Source: Saprospira sp. CCB-QB6 (GTDB lineage Bacteria > Bacteroidota > Bacteroidia > Chitinophagales > Saprospiraceae). Taken from it: 64,000 nucleotides of DNA. Under the pieces are notes generated by a model. The model saw only the letters and a program-made list of their open reading frames with translations. It had not been told where the DNA came from and made no database searches. Shown here piece by piece: positions 40,085 to 49,959 of the stretch (positions are counted from its first letter, which is position 1; each line of letters starts with the position of its first letter). The DNA is taken from NCBI RefSeq assembly GCF_028464065.1, contig NZ_CP116808.1, positions 1,071,886-1,135,885 on the forward strand. The letters are read 5' to 3'. The position numbers and the translations under genes are program-made.

Positions 40085-40915
40085 GGGGCTGTTTTTTATT
40101 GATGGTTTTGCCTTCTCTGCGCCTAGGGACAAGCCCCTAGGCTAGCTTTTCAGACAGCCCTCTAAAGAGGGCCTTTGGATAAGGACCTTCTCTGCAATAA
40201 CTACTTAGTACGGTAATGTACATCAACCTTTGAGGCCCTTTAAGGCGGACTCCATTTGATTAGCCTAGGGGCTTGTCCCTAGGCCATTATTGGCCTTTTA
40301 TAATAACTGTAGGTTAAAACCTACAGCCAGATGGTATTGCTGCGCAATGATGTATGAATGAGGGTTAAAACCCTCATAAAATTAAACAGCCCAAATTTTA
40401 TTCAGATACACAAAATCCTGACAGTCTCTTACCCGACTTTACAAATGCTATTTCACAAATCCCGAATAGCTTTCCCTTTGAATTGTTTGGGGTTTGGCTC
40501 CGAAATCACGCTATTATATATACCTGTGGGTTGAAACCCACAGCAACAAAAGAGGCCATACTAAACGCAATAAAATGGGCTGAAGGTTAAAACCTTCAGC
40601 CCATAGCTAGAAAAGGATTGATTAACTAAGTGAGAAAGATAAAAGGCCAAAAGATTTCAATCCATGCGGGTTTCAACCCGCATTCCATAAAAAATATTGC
40701 GGAGCAATACCTTGCTTGCTGTAGGTTTCAACCTACAGTAAACGGCCTAGCGATGTGGAGGGGTGGCCGAAGGCCAGACCAAGGCGGCGCAGCCGCCGCA
40801 GGGCCGAGCGACCCGACCAACGGGAGCCGACGCAGCGAAGCAAGTAATAGCGAGCCCCGCAACGTAGCGCCGCAAGGCGAAGCCGCAGCGGAGGCCCCAA
40901 AATATCTCAATAAAC
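40085..40915. repeat. Repeat hotspot adjacent to tRNA-Pro containing nested family A, B and C elements.
   Basis: Family B MITE at 40118-40288 with 25-bp inverted ends (gcctagggacaagcccctaggc). Family C two-hairpin modules at 40310-40390, 40500-40620 and 40660-40740. Family A GC-rich copy at 40740-40910. Confidence 0.85.
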
Positions 40916-40920
40916 ACAAA

Positions 40921-40955
40921 AAAAAAGCTGAATAACTGTAAAGTTATTCAGCTTT
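40921..40955. terminator. Bidirectional terminator hairpin just 3' of tRNA-Pro.
   Basis: aaaaaa-gctgaataact-gtaa-agttattcagc-tttt. Confidence 0.6.
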
Positions 40956-41031
40956 TGGTCGGGATGACTGGACTTGAACCAGCGACCACTCGCCCCCCAG
41001 ACGAGTACTCTACCAACTGAGCTACATCCCG
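40956..41031 (-). tRNA. tRNA-Pro (anticodon GGG), CCA encoded.
   Basis: Reverse complement reads CGGGATG-TA-GCTC...-CTCGT-CUGGGGG-GCGAG...TTCAAGT...CATCCCG-A-CCA. Anticodon loop has U33-GGG-G37. Confidence 0.85.
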
Positions 41032-41061
41032 ATTCGCTAGTAGCGTTGTTGTTTGTGGTCA

Positions 41062-41092
41062 CAAATATAGGGCGATATTTTTAAGATCCAAA
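41062..41092 (-). promoter_or_regulatory. Bacteroidota-type sigma-A promoter for tRNA-Pro (-33 TTTG, 19-nt spacer, -7 TATATTTG).
   Basis: Reverse complement reads tttg-gatcttaaaaatatcgccc-tatatttg. Nearly identical architecture upstream of tRNA-Phe. Confidence 0.55.
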
Positions 41093-41111
41093 CTTCTAGC
41101 GATTATTTTTC

Positions 41112-42290
41112 CTAATTCCCTCCAAATACATCACGGAGACGGTCTAAAAAGCCCTTTCTACCGCCTTTTTCTTTAGCATTGGGGATGAAATTTTTGCTGT
41201 CGCGCATTTTTTCTAAGGCGCGGCGTTCTTCTGAAGAGATATTTTGAGGCACCCAAACTTTGACGTGAATGAGTTGGTCGCCTTGGCCATAGCCTCTTAG
41301 AGAAGGGAGGCCCTTACCTCTTAGGCGGAACACCTTGCCGCCTTCGGTTCCGGCGGGTAGGGTAACTTTCACCTTACCGGTTAGGGTGGGCACTTCGACA
41401 GCGGTACCTAGTACTAGGTCGGCAAAATTGACATCTAGTTCATAGTGAATATTGTTGCCATCGCGGGCAAAGAGCTCATGTTCCTTTTCTTGGATATTGA
41501 TGAGTAGATCGCCTGCGGGGCCACCGTTCATGCCAGAATTCCCTTTGCCGCTCATAGAAAGTTGCATTCCTTCTGATACGCCAGCGGGGATTTCGAGTTC
41601 TAGGGTTTCTTCGCCATAGGTACGGCCTTCGCCTTTACAGCTTGTACATTTGCTGGTAATGCTTTTTCCAGAGCCGTTACATTGGGGGCAAGCGACCGTG
41701 GTTTGCATTTGGCCCAAGAAGGTATTTTGCACCTTGCGGACATATCCGCTACCATTACAGCCGCTACAAGTCTTGATTGAGCTGCTATCTTTGGCCCCAG
41801 AGCCGCCACAGCTTTGGCAATTTACATATTTCTTGACCTTAATCTTCTTTTTGGCTCCCTTAGCAATTTCTTCTAGGGTCAGGCCAACGCGAATACGGAG
41901 ATTAGAGCCTTTTTGGCCACCGGCTGCTCTGCGGCCGCGGCCGCCTTGCTGTTGGCCAAAGAAGTCGAAACCTCCTCCGCCGCCACCACCAAAGATGTCG
42001 CTAAATTGAGAGAAAATATCCTCCATAGAGAAGCCCCCTGCACCACCTGGTCCAGCTCCTTGATTAACGCCAGCATGACCGTAGCGGTCGTAAGCTGCAC
42101 GTTTTTGGTCATCATTGAGCACCTCATAGGCTTCTGCTGCTTCCTTAAATTTTTCTTCTGCCTCGGGGTTATCGGGATTGCGGTCAGGGTGGTATTTCAT
42201 AGCCACCTTGCGGTAGGCTTTTTTGAGTTGCGCCTTATCCACATTCCGATCTACGCCCAACACTTCATAATAATCTCTTTTCTGCGCCAT
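41112..42290 (-). CDS. dnaJ: Molecular chaperone DnaJ.
   Basis: J domain (YYEVLGV...KYHPDRNP), G/F-rich region and four CxxCxGxG zinc-finger repeats. Confidence 0.95.
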   Translation of the reverse strand: MAQKRDYYEVLGVDRNVDKAQLKKAYRKVAMKYHPDRNPDNPEAEEKFKEAAEAYEVLNDDQKRAAYDRYGHAGVNQGAGPGGAGGFSMEDIFSQFSDIFGGGGGGGFDFFGQQQGGRGRRAAGGQKGSNLRIRVGLTLEEIAKGAKKKIKVKKYVNCQSCGGSGAKDSSSIKTCSGCNGSGYVRKVQNTFLGQMQTTVACPQCNGSGKSITSKCTSCKGEGRTYGEETLELEIPAGVSEGMQLSMSGKGNSGMNGGPAGDLLINIQEKEHELFARDGNNIHYELDVNFADLVLGTAVEVPTLTGKVKVTLPAGTEGGKVFRLRGKGLPSLRGYGQGDQLIHVKVWVPQNISSEERRALEKMRDSKNFIPNAKEKGGRKGFLDRLRDVFGGN

Positions 42291-42308
42291 GACTCTTTAT
42301 CTTCTTTT

Positions 42309-42863
42309 TTATTGGCCCACTACAACCTTGGCGTAGCGGATGATTTTTTCATTCAAAATGTATCCTTTTTCCACCGTATCAATCACTTTGCCCTTGAGCT
42401 CTTCTGTGGGAGCGGGCACTTTAGTGAGGGCTTCGTGGAAATCGGGATCAAAGGCTTGGCCAGTAGATTCCATTTCTTCCAATCCTTTTTGGGCCAAGGC
42501 TTTTTTCATTTTTTCATAGATGAGCATAATGCCATCGTCTAGGTCTTGGCCTGCTTTTACGGCCCGATCAAAATCGTCGAGTACAGGCAAGAGCGACTTG
42601 ATGGTATCGGCTGCGGCAGTTTGGATGAGCTGCAATTTTTCTCTGGCGTTGCGTTTTCTGAAGTTGTCGAATTCGGCATAAATACGCAGGTATTTATCCT
42701 TCATTTCGGCTAATTCTTGGGCCAGTTTTTCTTTTTCATCTTTGGGGGCTGCGGTTTCCTTTACAGTCTCCTCTTGAGTTTGTGCATCTGCTTGCAACTG
42801 TTCTTCTTGCTGCTGTTGCTCCTCCTGAGGATCTAGTTGTTCCTCCTGCTTCTTTTCTTCCAT
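42309..42863 (-). CDS. grpE: Nucleotide exchange factor GrpE.
   Basis: 184 aa with an acidic N-terminus and a GrpE core (YLRIYAEFDNFRKR...). Confidence 0.9.
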   Translation of the reverse strand: MEEKKQEEQLDPQEEQQQQEEQLQADAQTQEETVKETAAPKDEKEKLAQELAEMKDKYLRIYAEFDNFRKRNAREKLQLIQTAAADTIKSLLPVLDDFDRAVKAGQDLDDGIMLIYEKMKKALAQKGLEEMESTGQAFDPDFHEALTKVPAPTEELKGKVIDTVEKGYILNEKIIRYAKVVVGQ

Positions 42864-42950
42864 GATAGTATATAATATATAGTAAGACGGTTTTTAAACG
42901 ATTTCACTTTGGCCCTTTTCAAGTTTTTTGCCAGCCGCAAGATAAAGACA

Positions 42951-43000
42951 TCTTGTCAGTTTTTTCTTGCTTTTTGGCAGTTTGTCAGTTTAGTCTGACA
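42951..43000. promoter_or_regulatory. Candidate operator: CTTGTCAG twice plus an inverted CTGACA upstream of grpE-dnaJ.
   Basis: Motif seen in the sequence. The same 8-mer plus an inverted half-site lies upstream of dnaK. Confidence 0.3.
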
Positions 43001-43061
43001 GGCTAAGGCGGGGCGATTATTTTTTTATTGATTTTTTGGGGCGTTACTCCTTACAGTCGTC

Positions 43062-43440
43062 GAACTGCGGCTTGTAGCCTTGTTGTCGTTCCGCAGCTCG
43101 CTATTACTTGCTTCGCTGCGTCGGCTCCCGTTGGTCGGGTCGCTCGGCCCTTCGCCAGCTAAGCTGGCTCGGTCTGGCCTGCGGGCCACTGCTGCACATC
43201 GCTAGGCCATGAAGGAGCGAAGCGACGCGGCTGAGGGATGGAGAGGGTGGCCCACAGGGCCAGACCGAGCAAAAATGCGCAGCATTTTTTGCGAAGGGCC
43301 GAGCGAGCAGCGAGCCCGGAACAGCCCGACCCGCCCGATAATTCATGAGGGTTTTAACCCTCATTTTGTAGAGCTTCGCAAAGCGATACCGCTTTGCGCT
43401 GGCGTTCAAGCTGGCGGAAGGGGCAGCCCCAAATCATTAT
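43062..43440. repeat. Family A repeats with a family C hairpin module, ending GGGGCAGCCCCAAA.
   Basis: Homologous to 37352-37565 in inverted orientation. Confidence 0.8.
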
Positions 43441-43487
43441 TAAAAAGGCAAAAAAAAACCTCCAAGCCAAAAGCTTGAAGGTTGAAG

Positions 43488-43560
43488 TGGTTTCGGGCGG
43501 ACTCGAACCGCCGACACACGGATTTTCAGTCCGATGCTCTACCAGCTGAGCTACGAAACC
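43488..43560 (-). tRNA. tRNA-Phe (anticodon GAA).
   Basis: Reverse complement reads GGTTTCG-TA-GCTCAGCTGGTAGAGC-A-TCGGA-CUGAAAA-TCCGT-GTGTC-GGCGGTTCGAGTCCGCC-CGAAACC-A. Confidence 0.85.
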
Positions 43561-43581
43561 CGCTGTTTTGTTTTGCGTGGC

Positions 43582-43613
43582 ACAAATATAAGGCAGTTTT
43601 TTAAAATTCCAAA
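43582..43613 (-). promoter_or_regulatory. Bacteroidota-type sigma-A promoter for tRNA-Phe (TTTG, 19 nt, TATATTTG).
   Basis: Reverse complement reads tttg-gaattttaaaaaactgcct-tatatttg. Confidence 0.55.
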
Positions 43614-43764
43614 GCTTTGCTAAAAAAAAGTGATTTTTTATTCTGTGTGGTTCTTCGGACTTAAAGTTTTTTAAAAATTTAAGAATAGCGGGCCCTTTTA
43701 TTAAATTTGCCCGATTGCTTTTTTGCCCAAAAATGTTTGGTCTCATCCTTAGAATTTAAAATCT

Positions 43765-44982
43765 ATGTATTTAAAAAGATGGAGTGTATTGGCCCTGCTC
43801 CTTTGTTTTGGCCTTTTGACGAATAGCTGCGATAATGAAGTAGATGTGGTTGGGGACTGGAAAGAGGTGCCTGTTGTTTATGGGGTGATTAACCCGCTAC
43901 CTCTTTTTGAGCCGATGGAGCCGCATTATATTCGCATTGAGAAGGCCTTTTTGGATCCTCGCACCGATGCTTTTCAGATTGCGCAACGGCCAGACTCCCT
44001 ATATTATGGTCCTTTTGATTTGGAGGTCATTCTTTTTCAGCAAAGCTTACAGGGTTCGCAGGTTATTAGTACTGCTTTAGATACTTTAGAGCGTGTTAGT
44101 GCGGTAGATGAAGGATTTGGAGACCGGGAAGAGGGCATTTTTGCGGCTAGTCCCAACTATATATATAAGAGTGATGCGGTTGTACCTGTGGGGGCATACT
44201 TGATGTTAAAAGTAAAAAATTTGAGTTCGGGAAAAGAGTATGACATCTATACAAAAGCTATTCAAGCTGGTGATCTCGACCTTACGGGTCAGACTTTTCG
44301 CAACTTTAGAGTTAACACGCCATCTACCTCTTTAGGGGTAAAGTGGGTCAATTATGATCAAGGTTCTCAGGATTGGATTTTCAGAGACATCAATTTTAAT
44401 TGGGCAACACCAACTGATGCTGCTGTTTACGATTTATCTTTAGATATCCACTATTATGAATTTGAGGTAGATGAAAGTCAAACTGGAGAGCCTGAGATAG
44501 CGGGTACTCGTGTACTCAAAACATTAACTTGGACCCCCTTCCGCTCTATTATGGCTTCTGGTTCTTCTGAGCCCAAGGGGCTTTGCAGTGCTTGTCCAGC
44601 CACCTATGAGCGTTTTGTAGAAGGTGATGGAAGTGTAGCGCAAGAGATTAATGGCGAAAACTTCTTCCGTTATTTGGCCAGTAATCTATCTAGCACAACA
44701 GACAATAACATTCGTCGTTGTTTTAGCCACTTTGATGTTCAGGTAGATGCTGCGGGGGTTGATTTGGCTAACTATCTAAAAGCCAATGCGGCGAATCAGA
44801 CTTTAGTGGGTGGACTATTTCCCGCAGAGCCCTATACTAATGTACCTGATGGTTATGGTATTTTTACTACAAAGATGTTTACCAATAAAAAAGGCTATGA
44901 TTTAGATGATGAGGTTTTGGAGTATCTTAAATTTGGGGAGATTACTCGTGATCTAGGATTTAGAGATTACAGTTGTAACTAA
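43765..44982 (+). CDS. Hypothetical lipoprotein.
   Basis: Signal peptide with an LTNSC lipobox-like cysteine. 405 aa. Confidence 0.5.
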   Translation: MYLKRWSVLALLLCFGLLTNSCDNEVDVVGDWKEVPVVYGVINPLPLFEPMEPHYIRIEKAFLDPRTDAFQIAQRPDSLYYGPFDLEVILFQQSLQGSQVISTALDTLERVSAVDEGFGDREEGIFAASPNYIYKSDAVVPVGAYLMLKVKNLSSGKEYDIYTKAIQAGDLDLTGQTFRNFRVNTPSTSLGVKWVNYDQGSQDWIFRDINFNWATPTDAAVYDLSLDIHYYEFEVDESQTGEPEIAGTRVLKTLTWTPFRSIMASGSSEPKGLCSACPATYERFVEGDGSVAQEINGENFFRYLASNLSSTTDNNIRRCFSHFDVQVDAAGVDLANYLKANAANQTLVGGLFPAEPYTNVPDGYGIFTTKMFTNKKGYDLDDEVLEYLKFGEITRDLGFRDYSCN

Positions 44983-44990
44983 AAATATAA

Positions 44991-45017
44991 AGGCCCTCTT
45001 GTTAGGGCCTTTTTTTA
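44991..45017 (+). terminator. Rho-independent terminator.
   Basis: aggccct-cttgtt-agggcct hairpin followed by a T7 run. Confidence 0.65.
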
Positions 45018-45064
45018 TGTCCTCAAACAACTCGATTCACTAAGCCTTCAGCTAGCTTCTTTAA

Positions 45065-45110
45065 CTGACAATAAAAACAGAGAAAACTGTAAAAATGGCA
45101 GCTTGTCAGG
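45065..45110. promoter_or_regulatory. Candidate operator upstream of dnaK: CTGACA, 31 nt, then CTTGTCAG.
   Basis: Same motif as the grpE upstream region. Confidence 0.3.
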
Positions 45111-45262
45111 CTGAAAATGACATCTAAACAGCCGATTTGGCAAAAAAAAGGGCAAAAAAGAAAAAAAATTGTGTTGGTACAAGCCTTGATCTTAGGGCAG
45201 TGTCGCTCAATGAGGCGAACAATAATTGACTATCAAACTAACAAATTCAATATCTACAAGTT

Positions 45263-47170
45263 ATGGGTAAGATTATAGGAATCGACTTAGGAACTACCAA
45301 CTCCTGCGTATCTGTAATGGAAGGAAACGAACCTGTAGTGATTACCAACGAAGAGGGTAAGCGCACTACGCCTTCTGTTATTGGTTTTTTGGATAATGGC
45401 GAACGCAAAATCGGAGATCCCGCTAAGCGTCAAGCTATTACCAACCCACACAAAACAATCATGTCTATCAAACGCTTTATGGGCTTGCGTTATAGCGAGG
45501 CTGGCGATGATGTGAACCAGGTCCCCTACGAAATTTTGAAAGGGGCCAATGATACTATTCGCGTAAAAATTGACGATCGTGAATATAGCCCACAAGAAAT
45601 TTCGGCCATGACGCTGCAAAAAATGAAGCGCATTGCAGAAGAGTATTTGGGCCAAGAAGTGACTGAAGCTGTAGTTACTGTACCTGCTTACTTTAACGAC
45701 TCTCAGCGTCAAGCCACTAAAGAAGCTGGCGAAATTGCCGGCCTTAAAGTTCGTCGTATCATCAACGAACCTACTGCTGCAGCACTTGCTTACGGTATGG
45801 ACAAAGCTGATGAAGATGTAACTATCGCTGTTTATGACCTTGGTGGAGGAACTTTTGACGTTTCTATCCTTGAATTGGGCGGTGGTGTTTTCGAAGTAAA
45901 ATCAACTAATGGTGATACTCACCTTGGTGGTGACGACTTTGACCGCGTGATTATGGACTGGCTCATTAGCGAGTTTAAAGATCAAGAAGGTATTGACCTT
46001 AGCAAAAATGCAGAGGCCATCCAACGTCTAAAAGAAGCTTCAGAAAAAGCTAAAATTGAGCTTTCTGGTGGTTCTTCTACAGACATTAACCTTCCTTATA
46101 TCTCTTTCAATGAAAGTGGCGCTAAGCACTTGGTTCGCCAATTGAGCCGCTCTAAATTTGAGCAACTCATTAGCAACTTGGTACAGCGTACCCTTACTCC
46201 TTGCCAAAAAGCATTGGATGATGCGGGTCTTTCTATCAGCGATATTGATGAGATTATCCTAGTGGGTGGTTCTACTCGTATTCCTGCTATTCAGGAAGCT
46301 GTAGAAAAATTCTTTAACAAGAAACCCAATAAGAGTGTAAACCCTGATGAAGTAGTTGCCGTAGGTGCTGCTATCCAAGGTGGTGTATTGACTGGTGAAG
46401 TGAAAGATGTTCTTCTCCTAGACGTTACTCCCCTTTCTTTGGGTATCGAAACTTATGGCGGCGTATTCACTCGCCTAGTAGAAGCCAACACGACTATTCC
46501 TAAACGTGCCTCTCAGGTATTCTCTACGGCTCAAGACAATCAGCCTTCTGTAGAGATCCACGTTTTGCAAGGAGAGCGCCCTATGGCTAATCAAAACCGC
46601 ACAATCGGTCGCTTCCAACTAGAGGGTATCCCCGCTATGCGCAAAGGCGAACCTCAAATTGAAGTAGTTTTTGACATTGACTCTAACGGTATCCTTAGCG
46701 TTTCTGCTAAAGAAAAAACTACCGGAAAAGAACAGAAGATCCGTATCGAGGCTTCTACTGGTCTTTCTCAAGAAGAAATTGATAAAATGAAGCAAGAAGC
46801 TGAGGCAAATGCCGAAGCTGACCGCCAAGCTCGCGAAAAAGTAGATAAGCTTAATGAGGCTGACTCTATCATCTACCAAACTGAACGTCAGATGACGGAG
46901 TATGGCGATAAATTGCCCGAAAACCTCAAAGGCGATATCGAAAAAGCAGTAACCGAACTAAAAGCTGCTCACCAAGCACAAGATCTAGATGCTATCAACA
47001 AAGGTATCGAGGCTGTAAATAACGCTTGGGCTGCTGCTAGCCAGCAAATGGGTGGACAACCTGGCGCTGGAGGCCCCGAAGCTGGTCCCCAAGGTCCCGC
47101 TAACGAAGGCCAAACCGGTGGCGATGATGTAACCGACGTAGAATTTGAAGAAGTAGATAACAACAAATAA
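45263..47170 (+). CDS. dnaK: Molecular chaperone DnaK (Hsp70).
   Basis: [19 protein letters not shown] and the full-length 635-aa Hsp70 architecture. Confidence 0.97.
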   Translation: MGKIIGIDLGTTNSCVSVMEGNEPVVITNEEGKRTTPSVIGFLDNGERKIGDPAKRQAITNPHKTIMSIKRFMGLRYSEAGDDVNQVPYEILKGANDTIRVKIDDREYSPQEISAMTLQKMKRIAEEYLGQEVTEAVVTVPAYFNDSQRQATKEAGEIAGLKVRRIINEPTAAALAYGMDKADEDVTIAVYDLGGGTFDVSILELGGGVFEVKSTNGDTHLGGDDFDRVIMDWLISEFKDQEGIDLSKNAEAIQRLKEASEKAKIELSGGSSTDINLPYISFNESGAKHLVRQLSRSKFEQLISNLVQRTLTPCQKALDDAGLSISDIDEIILVGGSTRIPAIQEAVEKFFNKKPNKSVNPDEVVAVGAAIQGGVLTGEVKDVLLLDVTPLSLGIETYGGVFTRLVEANTTIPKRASQVFSTAQDNQPSVEIHVLQGERPMANQNRTIGRFQLEGIPAMRKGEPQIEVVFDIDSNGILSVSAKEKTTGKEQKIRIEASTGLSQEEIDKMKQEAEANAEADRQAREKVDKLNEADSIIYQTERQMTEYGDKLPENLKGDIEKAVTELKAAHQAQDLDAINKGIEAVNNAWAAASQQMGGQPGAGGPEAGPQGPANEGQTGGDDVTDVEFEEVDNNK

Positions 47171-47197
47171 TCTTCTTCTCAAAAGACGCTAATACTG

Positions 47198-47229
47198 GCG
47201 AGTCAACAATTGTTGACTCGCCTTTTTTT
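47198..47229 (+). terminator. Rho-independent terminator after dnaK.
   Basis: gcgagtcaacaa-ttgttgactcgc hairpin followed by a T7 run. Confidence 0.7.
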
Positions 47230-47341
47230 ATCTCTAACAAGAACGGCCCAAGCAAGCCTAAAAAATTAGCGCAATGCTGTTTTTAAATCAGTTCTTCCCC
47301 GCATTTCTATTCTTTATTATCTTTGAGCCAAAATCTAACTT

Positions 47342-47992
47342 ATGGCGACATCCCCCCGGCTCCGCTACTTTCTGCTTATACCTATGCTGCTTTATTTTCT
47401 TTTCCTTTTTTGGTTCCATTGGATTCAACCCAAAACAGCTAGCAAAGCTGAACAAATTGCAGCCAATAATGAGGCTATTGCCGCCTACGTAGATCGCTTC
47501 CACCCCCTCGCCATTGCCGAAATGCAAAGAATGGGCGTGCCCGCTAGCATTACCCTCGCCCAAGGAATCCTAGAATCTCGTTACGGTAAAAGTGAACTGG
47601 CCCAACAAGCCAATAACCACTTTGGAATGAAATGCGGCGGCAACTGGGAGGGCGATAGCTACTCCAAATTTACCGGAGAATGGAATAATGAAGCCCAATC
47701 TTACCGACAATTGGCCTGCTTCCGCGTCTTCGAATCCGCCGAAGCCTCTTTCCGTGCCCATTCCGATTTCCTCCGCTACCGCAAATACTACCAAAAACTC
47801 TTTCTCCTCCCCTCTGGCGATTATAAAGCCTGGGCCAAAGGCCTACAAGCCGCTGGCTATGCCACCGACCCCAAATATCCCGATAAACTCATTTCTCTGA
47901 TCGAACGATTTAAACTCGACCAATACGATCAACTCCTGCTCCGCCCAGAATCCCCCTGGGTCGTAGCTCCAGATACCCTTTCTTTCGACTAA
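47342..47992 (+). CDS. Glucosaminidase-domain protein (GH73 / mannosyl-glycoprotein endo-beta-N-acetylglucosaminidase-like).
   Basis: ITLAQGILESRYGKSELAQQANNHFGMKC motif. N-terminal TM/signal. Confidence 0.75.
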   Translation: MATSPRLRYFLLIPMLLYFLFLFWFHWIQPKTASKAEQIAANNEAIAAYVDRFHPLAIAEMQRMGVPASITLAQGILESRYGKSELAQQANNHFGMKCGGNWEGDSYSKFTGEWNNEAQSYRQLACFRVFESAEASFRAHSDFLRYRKYYQKLFLLPSGDYKAWAKGLQAAGYATDPKYPDKLISLIERFKLDQYDQLLLRPESPWVVAPDTLSFD

Positions 47993-48004
47993 TCTCTCCT
48001 CTCT

Positions 48005-49699
48005 ATGCGCCTGCTCTATATCTTTGCCCTTAGCCTACTCCTCGCTTGCCAAAATGAAGCCCCCAAAGCCGAACTCCTCATTTTTAATGGCCCCATCTAT
48101 ACCCTAGATAATAGCCAAGCTCAGGTCGAAGCCCTAGCCGTAGCCAATGGAAAAATTATCGCCCTCGGAAATTGGACAGATATCCAAAAATACCAAAGCC
48201 CAAATACCGAACTGCTTGACCTCAATGGAAAAACCCTGATTCCCGCCTTTATTGAAAGCCATGCCCATATTCTGGGCCTCGGACAATTTAAACGAGAACT
48301 GGACCTTAGCCAAGTCAAAAGCTATGAGGAACTCATCAAAATAGTCCAAGAACAAGCCCAACATACTCCCAAAGGAGAATGGATCATCGGCCGTGCCTGG
48401 CACCAAAGTAAATGGGACTCCCTCCCCTTTTCTATCAAAGGCTACCAAACGCATGATGCCCTCAGCCAAGCTGTCCCCGATCATCCCGTTTTGCTGATGC
48501 ACGCTAGCGCCCACGCCCTAATGGCTAACGAAAAAGCTATGCAGTTAGCTGGCCTCAGCCCCGAAACCCAAATGAATGAAGAAGGCGAAATTATCCGCTT
48601 TCCCAATGGCCGCCCCACAGGCATTTTTACCGAAAATGCCATGTCTATTATTAAAGAGGCCCTTCCCCCAGCCGACGAAAATAGCCGCTACCAAGACCTA
48701 CAAGCCGGTATCCAAGAAGCCCTCAGCTATGGCATCGGCAGCCTACAAGATGCAGGCTCCGATTCTGCCGCTATCGCACTTTACCGAAAAGCCCTGGCCC
48801 AAAATGAACTCCCCCTCCGCCTTTGGGTCATGCTGGCCTATAATAATTATGCCGCCGATGTCCAAGGCCAAGAAGACCCTTTCCTGGAAAAATGGCTGCA
48901 AAAAGGCCCCGAAAAAGGCGACTTTCTCAGCATCGGAGGCATTAAACTCTATGCCGACGGCGCCCTAGGCTCTAGAGGCGCCTGGATGCTCGAAGAGTAT
49001 AGCGACCGCGCCGGCCATTTTGGCCACCCTACCCTCCCCCTAAAAACAATTGAAGAAATTGCCGAAAAAGCCCTGCTGGCCGACTTCCAACTCTGTACCC
49101 ACGCTATCGGCGATCGCGCCAACCAAGAACTACTCAATATCTATGAACGAGTCCTAAAAACACATCCCCAAGCCGCCAAAGACCACCGCTTCCGAATTGA
49201 ACACGCCCAACATATTGCCCCCCAAGATATTCCCCGATTTGCCAAACTAGACGTTATTGCCTCCATCCAAGGCATCCACTTTTCTTCCGACCGCCCCTGG
49301 GCCCAAAGCCGCCTCGGCCGCCTGCGCATCGCTATGGGCGCCTACCGCTGGAAACAATTGCTGGCCTCTGGCGCTAAACTAATTAACGGCACCGATGCCC
49401 CCGTGGAATCTATCAATCCCATCGCCTGCTTTTATAGCCTCGTCAGCCGCCAAGCCAATGATGGCCAAATCTATGAAGCCGACCAAAAACTTAGCCGCCT
49501 ACAAGCCCTAAAAGCCTATACCCTAGATGCCGCCTATGGCGCCTTTCAAGAAAAAGAAAAAGGCAGCCTAGAACTCGGAAAGTTTGCCGATTTTGCCATC
49601 CTCTCCCAAGATATTATGCAGGTCCCCCTCCAAGATATTCCACAAACTAAGGTCCTCCAAACTATTGTAAATGGCAAAACAGTCTATTTGAGGAAGTAG
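48005..49699 (+). CDS. Amidohydrolase family protein (Amidohydro_3-like), lipoprotein.
   Basis: FIESHAHILGLG metal-binding motif. Lipoprotein-type signal (LLLACQNE). 564 aa. Confidence 0.75.
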   Translation: MRLLYIFALSLLLACQNEAPKAELLIFNGPIYTLDNSQAQVEALAVANGKIIALGNWTDIQKYQSPNTELLDLNGKTLIPAFIESHAHILGLGQFKRELDLSQVKSYEELIKIVQEQAQHTPKGEWIIGRAWHQSKWDSLPFSIKGYQTHDALSQAVPDHPVLLMHASAHALMANEKAMQLAGLSPETQMNEEGEIIRFPNGRPTGIFTENAMSIIKEALPPADENSRYQDLQAGIQEALSYGIGSLQDAGSDSAAIALYRKALAQNELPLRLWVMLAYNNYAADVQGQEDPFLEKWLQKGPEKGDFLSIGGIKLYADGALGSRGAWMLEEYSDRAGHFGHPTLPLKTIEEIAEKALLADFQLCTHAIGDRANQELLNIYERVLKTHPQAAKDHRFRIEHAQHIAPQDIPRFAKLDVIASIQGIHFSSDRPWAQSRLGRLRIAMGAYRWKQLLASGAKLINGTDAPVESINPIACFYSLVSRQANDGQIYEADQKLSRLQALKAYTLDAAYGAFQEKEKGSLELGKFADFAILSQDIMQVPLQDIPQTKVLQTIVNGKTVYLRK

Positions 49700-49700
49700 T

Positions 49701-49832
49701 ATTTGGGGCCTCCGCTGCGGCTTCGCCTTGCGGCGCTACGTTCCGCAGCTCGCTATTCGCTCGGCCCTGCGCCGCCAAAGGCAGCTGGGTCTGGCCTGAC
49801 GGCCACTGCTGCACATCGCTAGGCCGCTCATC
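49701..49832. repeat. Family A GC-rich repeat.
   Basis: ggggcctccgctgcggcttcgccttgcggcgctacgttccgcagctcgctattcgctcggccc... Confidence 0.8.
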
Positions 49833-49959
49833 CATTTTTTTCTATTAACTTTTTTCTTCGGCAGTTTGGCTTTCGTTTTTTATTCCCCATAATTTTCATA
49901 GGAACCCAAGGGCCTTGGCTATAGAATCATCGTCATCCCCTCCTTCGAGGGGATTTTTT

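Noticed and set aside
40630-40935. ORFs 40630-40935 (+) and 40728-40919 (-).
   Set aside because: Inside the tRNA-Pro repeat hotspot.
41600-42542. ORFs antisense to or embedded in dnaJ/grpE (41600-41809, 41650-42009, 41879-42127, 41913-42542).
   Set aside because: Opposite to highly conserved chaperone genes. The G/F-rich region of dnaJ creates open antisense frames.
42864-43060. CIRCE (HrcA) operator upstream of grpE or dnaK.
   Set aside because: No TTAGCACTC-N9-GAGTGCTAA-like inverted repeat is present. A different shared motif was found instead.
43104-43746. ORFs 43104-43409 (-), 43209-43478 (+) and 43354-43746 (-).
   Set aside because: Repeat-derived. The last overlaps tRNA-Phe and its promoter.
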